64,000 bases of DNA from Octopus sinensis (Eukaryota), in contig NC_043004.1 of NCBI RefSeq assembly GCF_006345805.1, positions 28,396,001-28,460,000 of the forward strand, read 5' to 3'. Positions 1-11,848 of the stretch are shown here, in pieces (within the stretch, counting starts at the first letter, position 1; each line of letters begins with the position of its first letter). A program made the translations under genes and the position numbers. Below the pieces are notes generated by a model. That model was not told where the DNA came from and did not search any database. It worked only from the letters and a program-made list of their open reading frames with translations.

Positions 1-1198
1 TCAGTGAGGCTGAAGGACCTTTTGGCTCTCGAGAGAATTACCTGTTACTGAAATGCAGTCTTGGAGTTTCAATGATATGCTTCACCAGCTATGATCCTCA
101 GTGATTGTGAGGGGTTACCATTTGAATAATTTCTAGGCCCTAATATTTAAAGCTAAGTTCCGTCAGTCATATGTTATTTCTTTTATTTTCATTATATATT
201 CAGACACTTGGCTAACATGACTTACAATTTATTTTAGCTAGATGCAATAAAACAGTTCAGTATCTCAGCTGGCATAATCAAACTAAAAAACGGCGGGTTT
301 GAAACATCTAACTTTCCTTAGCTAAGTAGATTTAACTTCAAAAAATCAATGACAGATCAGATAATGTAGTTCGTGATACATCACGTCAAAATAAGACGGA
401 ATAGCCATGATTGGAATATATTTAATCATAGCTTCACCTTAAGAAACTTGGGAGCTAAACAAAAGCTTTATATTTTATTTTAAACTTATTTCACAATATC
501 GATTATGTCTAATCACATATCTATATACATCTTAGTCAAAACTGCCATTAAAATAGGTACTACCTAACACTTATTTTAGTGGGTAAAAATCTTCCACAGA
601 ATTGAGATTTAGTAGAGAGTGCCATGATTTCAGTTTACGGACTTCAACGAAAATCACTTTTAATACGACGATTGTGAAAATGGAAACGACTTTATTATAT
701 TAATGGTACTTCAATTTTCTACCTCAAAAGAATAAAGATTCAAACCTACACTGGAATATTTAACTCAATATAAAGAAGGTATAAACTAAATATCGCAAGA
801 CATTTACTCTGCTGTTCTAATATTTCTGTCATCACAGTTTAATACTAATACATTAAAACCATTAGTCACAGGTAAATAATAGCAAAGCAATCCAGGTCAG
901 AGTTTGAAGTCAGAAAGTTGGAGATCGTAACTACGCACAAAGTGCAACTTATTTGGACAGATCTTAAAAAATCGACAATTTTACTACCAAGCAAAGCATA
1001 AACACAAGGTCGCATATTTTCCAAGACAGGTGGCATTGTGGTTTTCATGTCTTTCTCTCTCTTTTACAGTGAACTGACATCATCAAAGATCGAAAATATA
1101 AACCTGAATAGACTCAGAAATCTCCATCCTACAACGTTTCTTTCCGATTAAGCATTAAAACTGTCACCCCTGTACATGTGAAAGCAAGTGTTGTTTAT

Positions 1199-1356
1199 AC
1201 ATTATTTACATTATTTACATTCGGCGGATATTTGTCCTCATCTTGTTTGTTGTTAACACAACGTTTCGGCTGATATACCGCCCCCACCCAGCCTTCTTCA
1301 GGTGTCTTGGGGAAATTTCGAACCTGGGTTCTCATTCCTAAGGTATTTTTCGATGT
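1199..1356 (-). mobile_element. Inverted, truncated arm of a Penelope-type pLTR-like non-autonomous element
   Basis: Reverse complement of 2126-2285 almost base for base, including the distinctive GGCTGGGTGGGGGCGGTATATCAGCC segment; carries the CTGAAGA...GAAACGTT signature of PLE pLTRs. Confidence 0.7.
1255..1306 (-). ncRNA. Minimal type I hammerhead ribozyme motif
   Basis: Minus strand reads GACAC-CTGAAGA-A-GGCTG(loop)CAGCC-GAAACGT-T-GTGTT: core CUGANGA and GAAA, stem II GGCTG/CAGCC, palindromic stem III ACGT, stem I GACAC/GTGTT (one G-U pair). Confidence 0.7.
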
Positions 1357-1396
1357 TATTATTATTGTTGTTGTTGTTGTTGTTGCTGCTGTTGTT

Positions 1397-1493
1397 CAGC
1401 CCACTGCTTGGAATCGAACTCGGGATCATGGGGTTAGTAGACCGCGCTCTTAACCCCAATATTCCGAGTTCGATTCCAAGCACTGACCTGAGC
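1397..1493. mobile_element. tRNA-derived SINE head folded back on itself (head-to-head palindrome)
   Basis: GCTTGGAATCGAACTCGG (1406-1423) is the exact reverse complement of CCGAGTTCGATTCCAAGC (1464-1481), which contains a B box (GAGTTCGATTCC); GGGGTTA (1430-1436) pairs with TAACCCC (1451-1457). Confidence 0.7.
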
Positions 1494-1512
1494 TACAACA
1501 ACAACAACAACG

Positions 1513-1571
<59 letters not shown>

Positions 1572-1574
<3 letters not shown>

Positions 1575-2046
1575 GAGAAAGCAACCATACTCTGGGATAT
1601 GCCGATACACACAGATAGAGAAATTAAGGCCAACAGACCAGATATAGTTGTCAGAGATCATGAAGAAAAAAAATACTTTCTAATTGATGTATCAATACCG
1701 GCAGATGACAACGTGTCTCTGAAAGAAATGGAGAAACTCTCAAAATACAAAGACCTGGAAATAGAGATAACTAGAATGTGGAACCTGAAAACAGAAACAA
1801 TTCCTATCATAGTAGGTGCATTAGGCATGATAAAAAAATATTCAGACAAATACATAACAAAAACACCAGGACTTACAAACACATATAACATACAGAAAAT
1901 TGCACAACTAGGCACTGCACACATCCTACGCAGAACACTTTCCATACAATAACCATCAGAGCATCACAACAAATCACAGCACATACCTAAGGCACACAGA
2001 GCTGCGCTCGGTAGTGAAGTGAAAGCACGCTATAAAAATAAAACTA

Positions 2047-2049
<3 letters not shown>
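1572..2049 (+). mobile_element. 5'-truncated R4/Dong-clade LINE (RLE endonuclease C-terminus plus 3' UTR) inserted in (AAT)n
   Basis: Encodes ILWDMPIHTDREIKANRPDIVVRD...LIDVSIP...KLSKYKDL (PD..D RLE); ends AAAACTACTG then (AAT)n; near-identical to the 3' part of 55302-56673. Confidence 0.9.
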
Positions 2050-2125
<76 letters not shown>

Positions 2126-2126
<1 letters not shown>

Positions 2127-2315
2127 CAACAACATCGAAAAAGTACCTTAGGAATGAGAAACTAGGTTCGAAATTTCCCCAAGACACCTGAAGAAGGCTG
2201 GGTGGGGGCGGTATATCAGCCGAAACGTTGTGTCAACAACAAACAAGATGAGGAAAAATATCCCCCGAATGTAAATAATGTACATAATTCCTCATCTCTT
2301 AAATATAGAACTGTA
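2126..2315 (+). mobile_element. Penelope-type pLTR-like segment (longer arm)
   Basis: Mirror of 1199-1356 with extra 3' sequence (CATAATTCCTCATCTCTTAAATATAGAACTG); contains a hammerhead motif. Confidence 0.7.
2183..2234 (+). ncRNA. Minimal type I hammerhead ribozyme motif
   Basis: GACAC-CTGAAGA-A-GGCTG...CAGCC-GAAACGT-T-GTGTC with a perfect stem I (GACAC/GTGTC). Confidence 0.75.
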
Positions 2316-2575
2316 TAAGTCTTGTATATGTTTGTAATTCTAAATGGAATTGGCCGATAAAAGTACAAAGCTTTGAGATAGAACTGGTGATGGGAGCTTG
2401 TGAACCAATATCTGTCGAATTGGCCAGCATTGCTAGAAAATATTTGGGACAGTGAAAACAAAAAGCATAAATCATTAAAATTTAAACAAATCGATCGTGC
2501 CGCCCGAGCTTTCATTTCATACATTATATCAAACATGTCCGGTATGCTTGTTGACTTTGTTTCCTGATGTTATGT

Positions 2576-2611
<36 letters not shown>

Positions 2612-2861
2612 GCACAGTATTATGCTGTATTATAGCTGTCATTTAACTTCATCTCTAATGAATGATGGCTACAATAAACCTCTTATCCCAGATTAGATAA
2701 TTAGTTCAGGGCTCAACAGATAAATATAATTATGAAAACGTTCAATTACTATGGAAGTGAGCAAAAATATTACCAAAACTACTGCCAGTATGATTTACTG
2801 CTCGTTATGATGTACCTCTCAACATCGTCGGTATCATCATCGTTTTTATGATAATCATACC

Positions 2862-3084
2862 TATTTCTTTACTACCCACAAGGGGCCAAACACAGAGAGG
2901 ACAAACAAACGGATTAAGTCGATTATATCGACCCCAGTGCGAAACTGGTACTTATTTAATCGACCCCGAAAGGATGAAAGGCAAAGTCGACCTCGACGGA
3001 ATTTGAACTCAGAACGTAGTGGCAGACGAAATACCGCTCAGCATTTCGCCCGGCGTGCTAACGATTCTGCCAGCTCGCCACCTT
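2862..3084 (-). mobile_element. tRNA-derived SINE, group A1 (Tx1-like tail)
   Basis: A/B-box head (TGGCAGAATCGTTAG; GAGTTCAAATTCC), core GTCGACTTTGCCTTTCATCCTTTCGGGGTCGA; flanked by the duplication GATAATCATACC (2850-2861, 3085-3096). Confidence 0.9.
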
Positions 3085-4294
3085 GATAATCATACCGGCA
3101 CCACTACATATGGTAGTAGTATTAGGAGGAGGAGGAAGTGCAGAAACTGAAGAAGAGAGAGGCAACAACGTGTTTGTGGAGAGTGCCAGTGAGTGGATTT
3201 TTCCTGGGTGCCGCCTTGAATGTCTATGAGAGTAGCACCGTCTCAGCTGTGAGGCGAAAACTCCTTTCTGGGCCTCATCACAAAGGAAGTTAAGAAACGT
3301 CAATCTGGTGTGAACAAACAAACTGGATTGTATAATTTATATTATTTCGTATCGCATCTCGTACTTCGGCATTCAAATTCTTTCAGGAGTTGAATAGCCC
3401 TCCTCCAAGAAGATAAAATATGTGCTATTGATTTACAAGGATCGATTCTGTTTACTACTGCGACAAGGCTATTTTTTCTTAGCTGGTCTACGTTTCAGGA
3501 CGGAGCTCTGAAGAGTTCTTATATTAGACATGCATTATGTCTAAATTATATAAAGAAATATGTTATGGGCACGCTGTTAAGCGTTTTTAAAATAAGAATT
3601 TCCTTACTTCCTTCATTCTACTAGAAATATGGTGTTTGTAAGTTATATGTGGTCGAGTGCAGAGAGCTGCTTCTGAAGTATTATAAGCTACCGGTGTGTT
3701 GAGCATACTATTGGTTTCAATTTCCTCCAATAGATACTTTATTTCCGTTATATAACACATCTCTTAGCAATTTATTAATCTACCATCGAGCTGAAACCTA
3801 TTTTTAAAGATTGTCAAATTCTTTGAGAAAAGGCGTAAATGCTAAACATTTTTCATATTTCCGTTAACACTCTGAAGATATGTGTACATAAAATAGAGCA
3901 TGAATAATTAACAATTGGTAGTTAGAGGAAAGAATAGTATGACAGACATAGTTGTAAAACAGGAACGAGTAAGAAGTAATGTTTTTTATTTTGTATCAGT
4001 TGTGTTATTTTGTTAAACCTTATGACGCTCCATTGATTTGTTTTCAAAATCTTAGTGAGTCGCGAGACACCGGTTGGAAACTGTTCCAATCGTACGTTAG
4101 ATGATATGGCGTGAGGTATTTTGTTTTGTATTTCAACGTTCAAAGTCCGTATTTTACTAAAGTTAATCCCATATCAATCAATTAAACTAAATTCCCCCTT
4201 TAAATACAATCAATCTTGTTCATTGTCAAAAGAAAATCAATATAATGAAGAGAAATAGGAAACACTTCTATGTTAACTATAAATATATAAAGAT

Positions 4295-4530
4295 CATAAG
4301 GCGGCGAGCTGGCAGACACGTTAGCGCCCCGGGCGAAATGCTTAGCGGTATTTCGTCTGCCGCTACGTTCTGAGTTCAAATTCCGCCGAGGTCGACTTTG
4401 CCTTTCATCCTTTCGGGGTCGATTAAATAAGTACCAGTTTCGCACTGGGGTCGATGTAATCGACTTAATACGTTTGTCTGTCCTTGTTTGTCCCCTCTAT
4501 GTTTAGCCCCTTGTGGGCAATAAAGAAATA
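4295..4530 (+). mobile_element. tRNA-derived SINE, group A1
   Basis: Full copy; 17-bp TSD TATAAATATATAAAGAT at 4278-4294 and 4531-4547. Confidence 0.92.
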
Positions 4531-4930
4531 TATAAATATATAAAGATTTTACACCACTTCTTTGGGGGTGATATACTATAATATCACTCAAGGTCAAAGG
4601 TTACACCATAAATACATATTTTTTATTTAGATACTGCATAAAATGTTTTCGGGTTCCCGTGTGAAAATTAGCATGCGATCAATAGATAATTAGTGTTTAA
4701 GTTGAACCAGCAAGTGCAAAATGAGATAACATACTCTGGCTACGAGTAATTTCGGAATATATATGTATAATTCTCAGACAAACCAAAAGCATCTCAATGC
4801 ACATACTGAAAAGCATTTGCTGTTATGAATATTCATTTCATTCACATGTATAGAGCAGTAGTTTCAACAGACTACTACACTAAATGTCTTGCATTTTCTC
4901 CCCTAACACTACGTTCTGTGTTCAAAATCT

Positions 4931-5340
4931 AGCGCAGGAGTGGCTGTGTGGTAAGTAGCTTGCTAACCAACCACATGGTTCCGGGTTCAGTCCCACTGCG
5001 TGGCATCTTGGGCAAGTGTCTTCTGCTATAGCCCCGGGCCGACCAATGCCTTGTGAGTGGATTTGGTAGACAGAAACTGAAAGAAGCCTGTCGTATATAT
5101 GTATATGTATATATGTATGTGTGTGTGTTTGTGTGCCTGTGTTTGTTCCCCTAGCATTGCTTGACAACCGATGCTGGTGTGTTTACGTCCCCGTCACTTA
5201 GCGGTTCGGCAAAAGAGACCGATAGAATAAGTACTGGGCTTACAAAAAAGAATAAGTCCCGGGGTCGAGTTGCTCGACTAAAGGCGGTGCCCCAGCATGG
5301 CCGCAGTCAAATGACTGAAACAAGTAAAAGAGTAAAAGAG
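4931..5340 (+). mobile_element. tRNA-derived SINE, group B (CORE-like CTTGGGCAAGTGTCTT)
   Basis: Head GGAGTGGCTGTGTGGTAAG...GGTTCAGTCCC, internal (TA)/(TG) tract, tail GACTGAAACAAGTAAAAGAG; seven copies in the window. Confidence 0.9.
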
Positions 5341-6620
5341 AGAGAGTGTAAATTACGCATTTTATCTCTTCAGAGGCGATAATAAATATGTCAGGTAACA
5401 GTGTCAAGTCGTTTCTCACTCTCTCTTTCTTTTTTGCATCTGTATCCTTATATTCATTTTATTCTGATTATTTCATGGCTCCAGTCTTTTATCGAACAGT
5501 GTGCCATCGACTTGAGTTATTCAAGCTTTACGGCAGCAATTATTTCCAGAATGCTTTATTTAACGGAGTTATAATACAAGTAGCTTTCAAGTGTGTGCTT
5601 TTATTACAGTAGTAATTTTTATCTGAGTATTGTTGCATGCAAATTACAAAATAGGCTTTAAAGACGATTAGGATATATTCCATAGCCACAAGTGCGTCTA
5701 CAAGCTTACAGAGCCGATATTCAAAATAACTATTTAAAACACTCCTTTCCACTGTTTATCTCTTTATAGTCAGATCATATTACCAGAATAAAGAAGTTGA
5801 TTAGCTGTTATTGTAGCGTCGGATAGAATACTTTACAGTATTCGTTCCAGCTTGCTGAGATTGGAGTTCAAATACTGCTCCTCATTCTTTTGGGGTCGGT
5901 AAATATACTCCTAGTCAAGTACTGAGGTCAATTCTTCTTCTTCTTCTTCTTCTTCTTCTTCTTTCACATTTTCACTATTCCTTTGAAAGAAATCCCCTGT
6001 CTTCAGAACTGAAGCGGGTTGAGCTCCAACAAGTTTTGAAAAGTGTCATATGCCATGATAGTGCTCCTACAACTCCATCACAATTGAGGCCATCTCATCA
6101 TCACCTCCTCCTCCTCCTCTTCCTCATCCTTTATTAAGGGACAATAATATTATATAACACATTTTGCTTTATAAAATTTAATACCATATATTATTTCAAA
6201 GTTATATTTGATCCCATAGAGGGAAGTCGAACAGTTTATTGTAGGAAAAGAAATATGTATAGAGACACAGTAAAACTCAAATTCTTAGTAACAAAGTAAC
6301 TGTAATGAAAAGATCTTTGGAAAAGCTTTACGAACATACAACCCAGTTCAGAATCATACGGAAACTCTTCCGCAACATAAACTCAATAATTCTCTTGAAA
6401 ATGTTATGAATATCATGACATCTCATTTCCCTCTCTTGCAGCACAGACGGCCAAAGCACAAATATTATTTAAGACAACTCAGTTCCGTTTTCGGCTGTAG
6501 ACAATTCCCTTCCTGTTAATTCGTTGCAAATTTCCCAAAGAAACACTTTAAGTACCTTTTTATTCCTTCCCACCAACTTATAAGTAAATTAAGATTTTGA
6601 ACGGTTGAGAAAATTTACTA

Positions 6621-7035
6621 GGTGTAGGAGTGGCTGTGTGGTAAGTAGCTTGCTTACGAACTACATAGTTCCGGGTTCAATCCTACTACGTGGCACCTTG
6701 GACAAGTGTCTTCTACTATAGCCTCGGGCCGATCAAAGCCTTGGTAGACGGAAACTGAAAGTAGCCCGTCGTGTATATATATATATATATATGTGTGGTG
6801 TGTGTGTGTGTGTGCGTGTATATATTGGTGTGTCTGTGTTTGTCCTCCAACATCGCTTGACAACCGATGCTGGTGTGTTTACGTCCCCGTAACTTAGCGG
6901 TTCGGCAAAAGAAAGACCGATAGAATAAGTACTAGTCTTACAAAGAATAAGTCCTGGGATCGATTTGCTCGACTAAAGGCGGTGTTTCAGCATGGCATCA
7001 GTCAAATGACTGAAACAAGTAAAAGAGTAAAAGAG
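6621..7035 (+). mobile_element. SINE group B
   Basis: Colinear with 4931-5340. Confidence 0.9.
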
Positions 7036-7963
7036 TATGATTTTGAGGAGACATTTAATAGTGCTTTATCGTTATTAATTTTTTGAAATACCATTTATAC
7101 GCACACATACGCTCGCACACGCACACACATACACAGACACACACGCACACACACACACACATACATACATACATACACATGCCTGCAAAAGTTCATATCG
7201 AAAGATCTATAGGACTGCTTTTGCTGACAATTCAATTGTTTGAGGAAGTTTACACAGAATATCTATGAATCAATATCTGCTTGGCGTCGATTATCGAAGA
7301 CGTTCAGTGTGACTTGACTAACAACTTTTCAGCTTCTGCAAAGAATCGATGTCTAAAAACGTTTTTCTTCATTTAGATGAAAAGAAAATAGGAACAATGG
7401 TGGCAATCACAGATCGGATCATTTGAATTCGATCGATATTTTTTAGAAGATTGGTGAGGGTCGGAGGAGGTAAAACCGATAAGTACTTCTTTATTTGAAT
7501 TGTTTGTTTATCGATAGTGCTCAAAGCATCCTTTCTAGACAACAGTTAATGATTATTTTTATTCTTTAAACAATTTTTCTTTCTGCCAATGCTAGAAATA
7601 GAATTAGAGATATACAGATATAGATAAAAGAGGAAAAGACAGTGAGGGAGAAGAAAGGTGTCTATTTAATTAATTGATTGTTTTAAAATCAACTTGCTTC
7701 GATTCCATTCTCGATCAAATAACAATTAAATTCAAGTGTAGTGTCTATTATTATTTATCAAACATGTCCGGCCAATGCAATAAATGTACCTATGCAGAAG
7801 AAACATTGTTAACATGGAGCAATTCCTTATAAAGAAACGTATGAAATGCCGAGTAGAAATCGTAATGTGGCTACGGCAGGGGAGAATAGTTTTCTAAACA
7901 ATTCAAATGAACACACTTATACCAATAACGTAACATTTAATAAATTATGAAAGAGTGCATGCA

Positions 7964-8288
7964 TGGAAGCACTCCGTCGGTTACGACAACGAGGGTTCCG
8001 GTTGATCCGAATCAACGGAACAGCCTGCTCGTGAAATTAACGTGTAAGTGGCTGAGCACTCCACAGACACGTGTACCCGGGAATATTCAGCGTGACACAG
8101 GAAGTAAGAGTGAGTGAAAGTTGTGGTGAAAGAGTACAGCAGGGATCACCACCACCCCCTGCCAGAGCCTCGTGGAGCTTTAGGTGTTTTCGCCCAATAA
8201 ACACTCACAACGCCCGGTCTGGGAATCGAAACCGCGATCCTATGGCCGCGAGTCCGCTGCCCTAACCACTGGGCCATTGCGCCTCCAC
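7964..8288 (-). mobile_element. tRNA-Arg-like SINE, group C (internal deletion)
   Basis: Head GTGGAGGCGCAATGGCCCAGTGGTTAG..GACTCGCGG..GGTTTCGATTCCC on minus; TSD TATGAAAGAGT at 7946-7956 and 8289-8299. Confidence 0.9.
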
Positions 8289-8471
8289 TATGAAAGAGTA
8301 GAAGTTTAATGACGAGATAATCATTAACCTATCATTTGTTTTTTTTTAAATAGTTTGATAGAGCATCATGTTGGTTTACTTTATGCTTTGCATAATCTAA
8401 ATATTTGGTACCATGTACTCTGCTAAAGCGAAAGTAATAAAAACATCGTTAGAACAGTAAATGTAATTATA

Positions 8472-8860
8472 GATGGAAGCACTCCGTCGGTTACGACGAC
8501 GAGGGTTCCGGTTGATCCGAATCAACGGAACAGCCTGCTCGTGAAATTAACGTGTAAGTGGCTGAGCACTCCACAGACACGTGTACCCTTAACGTAGTTC
8601 TCGGGGATATTCAGCGTGACACAGAGAGTGACAAGGCCGGCCCTTTGAAATACAGGTACAACAGAAACAGGAAGTAAGAGTGAGAGAAAGTTGTGGTGAA
8701 AGAGTACAGCAGGGATCACCACCATCCCCTGCCGGAGCCTCGTGGAGCTTTTTAGGTGTTTTCGCTCAATAAACACTCACAACGCCCGGTCTGGGAATCG
8801 AAACCCCGATCGTATGACCGCGAGTCCGCTGCCCTAACCACTGGGCCATTGCGCCACCAC
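8472..8860 (-). mobile_element. SINE group C, full length, flanked by a 69-bp direct duplication
   Basis: Colinear with 20323-20718; 8403-8471 matches 8861-8929 with 2 mismatches. Confidence 0.92.
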
Positions 8861-9633
8861 ATTTGGTACCATGTACTCTGCTAAAGAGAAAGTAATAAAA
8901 ACATCGTTATAACAGTAAATGTAATTATAATGTTATAATTATTGATGTTTTCCAACAGGCAACAAAGTGCTGTGATTATTTCTTGACAAACCGAGTTTTC
9001 AATATCACTTAGACACTCATCTGGAGCTATTTAAATTTATCCCCAAATAGACTGAAATAAAAGGAAAAGAAACTGCAGAGTCTTAGTATTCAGTATGTAC
9101 ATTTATTTAAAAAGCAAGTGCTATGTAAAACAATAGAAATGTATTTTATTTAAATTCGTCTCCGTACAAATTTTTCTTTTAACATAATTTATTAATTTTA
9201 ATTTATTTGTTCAATTTTCTTCAATATTTATATAGATAGATACGTATATATATGCGTGCGTGTGCATATGTATCTGTGTCCATGTGTATGTGTTTGTGTG
9301 TATGTGTGCGTATTTATCGAGTAGATTATAAAACTCAAATTATTTGGTGGAGTATCATAAATAATTAAGCATGGAATAAAGTATTGGATTGTCAACTTAC
9401 GAACCTTAAGTTCAAAATCCCCATAGATATTTGCAGTATTTCAGTACAACGGCATTTTACTTTATCTACGTTGCTATGAGAAATAGGCGCCAAGAATTTA
9501 TAGGCAGTTTACTTGAGACGCATTCGCTATCCATCTGAAAGAAACGCGTTACATTTCTAGTTAACTTTTGAAAGACTGCAGTGAACCATAAATATATTAA
9601 GGTATGCGCACCCGCCTATGGTCTATGTGTACA

Positions 9634-9698
<65 letters not shown>

Positions 9699-9778
9699 CT
9701 ACGTATAAATATACATATATCAATATGCATGGATGTGTGTAAATGTAATCATATATAATATATATATATGCGCACCTA

Positions 9779-9810
<32 letters not shown>

Positions 9811-10073
9811 ACACACACACATATATAAAGCAGAGTTCTATGCACCTGAAATACACAAAGATCCAATCGATGAAATTATTTCATGCGGAGTATATAAACA
9901 ATAACATGTAAGGAGGTAAGAGGTGAATAATATTTAGCCACTTGATATTCATGGGATAACAGCCGTTTCTCAGCCTTCATATAATTCTGATTTCAATGTA
10001 TAATAAATTATTTTACATGTCTGCATCAATATGCTTACCACAGAATTCTATAACTCCATATAATACACTACTA

Positions 10074-10128
<55 letters not shown>

Positions 10129-10359
10129 AATTAGCGATAAAACCACTATTATGCAACTCAAACAGTAATAGACATAAACCAATACATGAATAATAATAAT
10201 ATATATAATTAATATAATATTATATATATATATATATATGGAAATGTTTAGATTTATTCCTTTATTTATTTTTGAGTTGCATAATAATGGTTTTATCTCT
10301 AATTTATATTTTATACTAAATTGAATTTTTCCCTGTAAGTTTGGAGTTATACACCCTAA

Positions 10360-10432
<73 letters not shown>

Positions 10433-10551
10433 CATACACACACACACACAGATACATATAAGTAGTTGAAATTTACAGAAAGACAAAACACGAAAATAGG
10501 TGTATAAAAAATAAACATATATATATATATAAACAATAAACATATATATAT

Positions 10552-10742
10552 AGTGACTGTGTGGAAAGTAGCTTGCTTACCAACCCAACTACATGGTTCT
10601 AGATTCAGTCCTACTGCGTGGCACCTTGGGAAAGTATTTTCTACTATAGCCTCAGGCCGACCAAAGCCTTGTGAGTGGATATGGTAGACGGAAACTAAAA
10701 GAAGCCCGTCGTATAAATATTTATATATAGATACGTATGTGT

Positions 10743-10800
<58 letters not shown>

Positions 10801-11006
10801 GTGTCTGTGTTGGTCCCCCAACATCGCTTGACAACCGATGCTAGTGCGTTTACGTCCCCGTAAGCTAGCGGTTCGGCAAAAGAATTCGATAGAATAAGTA
10901 CTAGTCTTACAAAGAATAAGTGCTGGGGCCGATTTGCCCGACTAAAGGCGGTGCTTCAGCATGGCCACTGTAAAATTATTGAAACAAATAAAAGACTAAA
11001 AGAGTA
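10552..11006 (+). mobile_element. SINE group B with expanded internal (GT)n
   Basis: Colinear with 4931-5340. Confidence 0.85.
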
Positions 11007-11490
11007 TAGACATATAGTAATATGTAATGGTAAGATCCAAGGATCAAGGTGTAGGAAGCTTGTAAGCTTGGTGCAGTCCGTAGAAGGTATAGAAAACAAC
11101 TTTCAGGAACAATGGTTTATTGACGTAGAAGGTTGTAAATTTTACCCATACCGAAGTTCGATAAGCTGAAAAAAGATATGTTACAGTTCACGGTTAACAA
11201 CTGGTGTTGCTGTGTATGCGAATGAAAATTCAAATTTAGGGAACGGAATAGATAAAACTCAGGCTACACATGATTCATAGATAGCTTCATATGTTTCAAA
11301 CCTTTCAACATATTTTCGATCAAACCTGCTGTGGATTAACATGGAATCCCTTGACGACAATGTAACTTTCTTTAGCTTGATGAGTAGCTAGCGGATGACC
11401 CCCTCGTTAGGATAACTACTAAGTTCTAGGTCTCACTAGCTACGAAACATATGTAGCCAGGATTTTATCTACTATTGCTAAAGTTGGAGT

Positions 11491-11573
<83 letters not shown>

Positions 11574-11596
11574 GTGTGTGTGTGTGTGTGTGTGTG

Positions 11597-11812
11597 TATG
11601 GCTCTGTGGTAAGCTTGCTTCCCGACCACAAGGTTCTAGGTTCAGTCCCACTGTGTGGTACCTTAGCGAGGTGTCTTCTACTATAACTTCGGGCCAGCCA
11701 AAGCCTTGAGAGTAGATTTGGTCGTACATACATACATACATACATGAATGCATACATACATACATACATACATACATACATACATACATACATACATACA
11801 TACATACATACA

Positions 11813-11848
<36 letters not shown>

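Noticed and set aside
1070-1151. Possible terminal exon after TTTTACAG (ELTSSKIENINLNRLRNLHPTTFLSD*)
   Set aside because: Good acceptor but no recognisable protein similarity or partner exon; cannot be supported without transcripts.
1302-1952. 216-aa ORF resembling a signal peptide plus nuclease
   Set aside because: It starts at GTG inside the inverted arm; poly-Leu and poly-Asn are (TTG)n and (AAT)n; only the last ~126 aa are real LINE coding sequence.
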